Assembly (NCBI GenBank): GCA_951406725.2
Contig: OX597816.1
Location: 79,050,001 to 79,114,000 of the forward strand
Source: Octopus vulgaris
Taxonomy: Eukaryota
Direction: 5' to 3'
Length of the DNA stretch: 64,000 nucleotides
The translations under genes were made by a program, and so were the position numbers. Shown in pieces: positions 61,677 through 64,000 of this stretch (its first letter is position 1; each line of letters begins with the position of its first letter). The notes beneath the pieces were generated by a model, which did not search any database, was not told the origin of the DNA, and was given only the letters and a program-made list of their open reading frames with translations.

Positions 61677-64000
61677 TCATCATCATCGTTTAACATCTGT
61701 TTTCCATGCTCGCATGGGTTGGACGATTTGACTGAGGTCGGGAGAGCCAGCGGCTGCACCAGGCTCCTATCTGATCGAACAATATTTCTACAGCTGGATG
61801 CCCTTCCTGATGCCAGCCACTCCAAGATTATAGTGGGTGCTTTTTACATGCCACTGGCACAAGAGCCAGTCAGGTGAGCCTAGCATCGATCACATTTGGA
61901 TAGTGCTTTTTATGTGCCACCAGCATGGAGGCCAGTCAGAGGGTACTGGTATTGGCCATGTTTAGATAGTGCTTTTTACGTGCCACCGGCATAGGAGCCA
62001 GTCAGGGAGTACTGGCATCAGCCACATTTGGATGGTGCTTTTTATGTGCCACTGGCAAAGGAGCCAGTCAAGGAATACTGGCATTGGCCACATTCAGATG
62101 AAGCTTTTTACGTGCCAGTCAGGGAGCACTGGCCACAGCTATGGTATTGGTTTCACTTGACTCAACAGGTCTTCTCAAGCATATCATATCACCCGATACA
62201 TTAGGAATACTCTTAACTGGGTCAGACATGCATAGCTGCGATCTCACTTTAGTTGCTGGGTCTTCTCAATCACAGCATATCTCCAAAGGTCTCGGTTTCC
62301 TGTCATTACCTCTATGAGGCCCAATGTTTGAAGGCCATGCTTCACCATCTCATCCTATGTCTGCCTGGGTCTAACACTTCCATAGGTTCCTTCAACAGTT
62401 AGTGAGTTACGCTTCCTCACACAACTGTCCTCATCCATACATAATACATGACCATACCAGCACAGTTGTCTCTCTTGTACACTACATTTGATGCTTTTTA
62501 TGCCCAACTTTTCTCTCAAGGTGCTTACACTCTGTCATGTATGCACACTGACATTACACATCCAGCGGATCATACTAGCTTCATTTCTTTCAAGCCTATG
62601 CATATCCTCAACAGTCATGGCTCGTGTTTCACTGCTGTGTAGCATGGTAGTTGACACACATGCATCATACAGTCTACCTTTTATCCTGAGCAAGAGGCCC
62701 TTAGTTGACAGCAGAAGTAGGAGTTCCCTGAACTTTGCCCAGGCTATTCTTATTCTAGCCACTACACTCTCAGAGCAACCACCCCCACTACTGACTTGGT
62801 TGCCTAGGTAGCGGAAGCTATTAACTACTTCTAGTTTCTTCCCCTGGCATGTGACGGAATCTATTTTCTGTATATCTTCAGTGTTTATTGCCCCTGTGCA
62901 CCTGCCACACACAAAAACTATCTTCCCGGTTAACCTTCCATTGATATTGCTGCACCTTTTATGTGTCCTTAGCTTATACTGGGTACATTGCATGGAGTTT
63001 CTACCCATGCCTTTTCTACAGATTGAGCAGGGCCATCTACCTGAAGGGGTTTGTGATTTGACAGCCTTCCTACTTACTAAGACTTTGGTTTTTGCTAGGT
63101 GAACCCTAAGGCACTTCAATTCTAGACCTTGCCGGACTTTGTCTCTAGTTCTGGCAGTGACTTATTTATTAGAGCAAGGTCTTCAGCATAGAGTAGCTCC
63201 CAGGGGCATCCAATCTTGAATTGGAGGACTATAATGAATAAGAGGGGTGTTGAAGATTGATCCTTGATGGATCCATACTTCTACTCGGAAGTTTTCACTA
63301 TACTCATTGCCAACCCTCACCTTACTCACAGCATTCCTGTACAGGGCTTGTACAGCTCTTACCAATCACTTGTCTACCCCCAGTTTCCAAGTTGACCATC
63401 AGATAACAGATTGGGGGACCGTGTCGAAGGCTTTCTCTGAGTCAACAAAAGCCAAGTACATAGGTTTATCTTTGGCTAGATATTTCTCCTGAAGTTGCCT
63501 TAACAGAAATATATCATCAGTGGTGCTTCTGGCTGGCACAAAACCAAACTGCATCTCATCTAGGCAAACTCTCTCCCTAATTAGTTGGGCTGTGACCCTC
63601 TCTGTAACTTTCATCACATGAATCAATAATTCAATACACCTGTAGTTATTTCTATCTAAAGCATCACTTTTCTTCTTGCAGCAGTTGATTATGGTGCTGC
63701 TATACCAGTCATTGGGCATGACTCCTTCATTAACCACCTGATTTATGATGTGGGTGACAATACCATAGCCCACACCGCCAGATATTTTAAGCATCTTGCG
63801 GTGATTTCTGATGGGTGAGGTGCTTTTCCTGTCTTCATATCCTTAATTGCTTTATCTGCCAGGGTACAGTTGATTTGGGTAGCTGGTCTCTCAATTGGGT
63901 CAACCTTTGGCAGACTCTCCTCCCCCCATTCTCCACATTCAGCAGTGTTTCATAATGGCATCTCCAAGCCTCTTTCTTTGCAGAATCATTAAATGCAAGG
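61677..64000 (-). mobile_element. RTE LINE (PHD-finger family), disrupted, extends past the window end
   Basis: ORFs 63399..63794, 63183..63365 and 62535..63119 give RT motifs and the Cys/His finger; tandem-repeat UTR and (CAT)n tail. Confidence 0.93.

Overview
AT-rich, repeat-dense animal genomic DNA. The SINE and RTE repertoire resembles that of octopus/coleoid cephalopods (inference, not a database result). The window lies inside one large minus-strand gene. Ten GT-AG exons (59223 down to 4535, 1698 nt, about 566 codons) splice into one open frame with the architecture MAM-MAM-LDLa-MAM-LDLa-MAM(partial), i.e. a MAM and LDL-receptor class A domain protein whose start and stop were not found in the window. 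Introns are filled with mobile elements: two young R4/Dong-type retrotransposons in tandem in (TAA)n tracts, many RTE LINEs carrying a PHD-like finger, a BovB-like RTE, CR1-like remnants, a Penelope-like element, tRNA-derived SINEs, mariner, maT, Chapaev3 and hAT remnants, MITEs, a Gypsy LTR/gag fragment and tandem Helitron-like units. The most notable non-coding signals are an apparently intact minimal type I hammerhead ribozyme with a long stem II (24207-24333) plus two decayed relatives, a complex fold-back rearrangement copied from a nearby mariner (5471-6033), and element insertions directly next to splice sites. No wholly new biological system can be demonstrated from sequence alone. Repeat boundaries are approximate.
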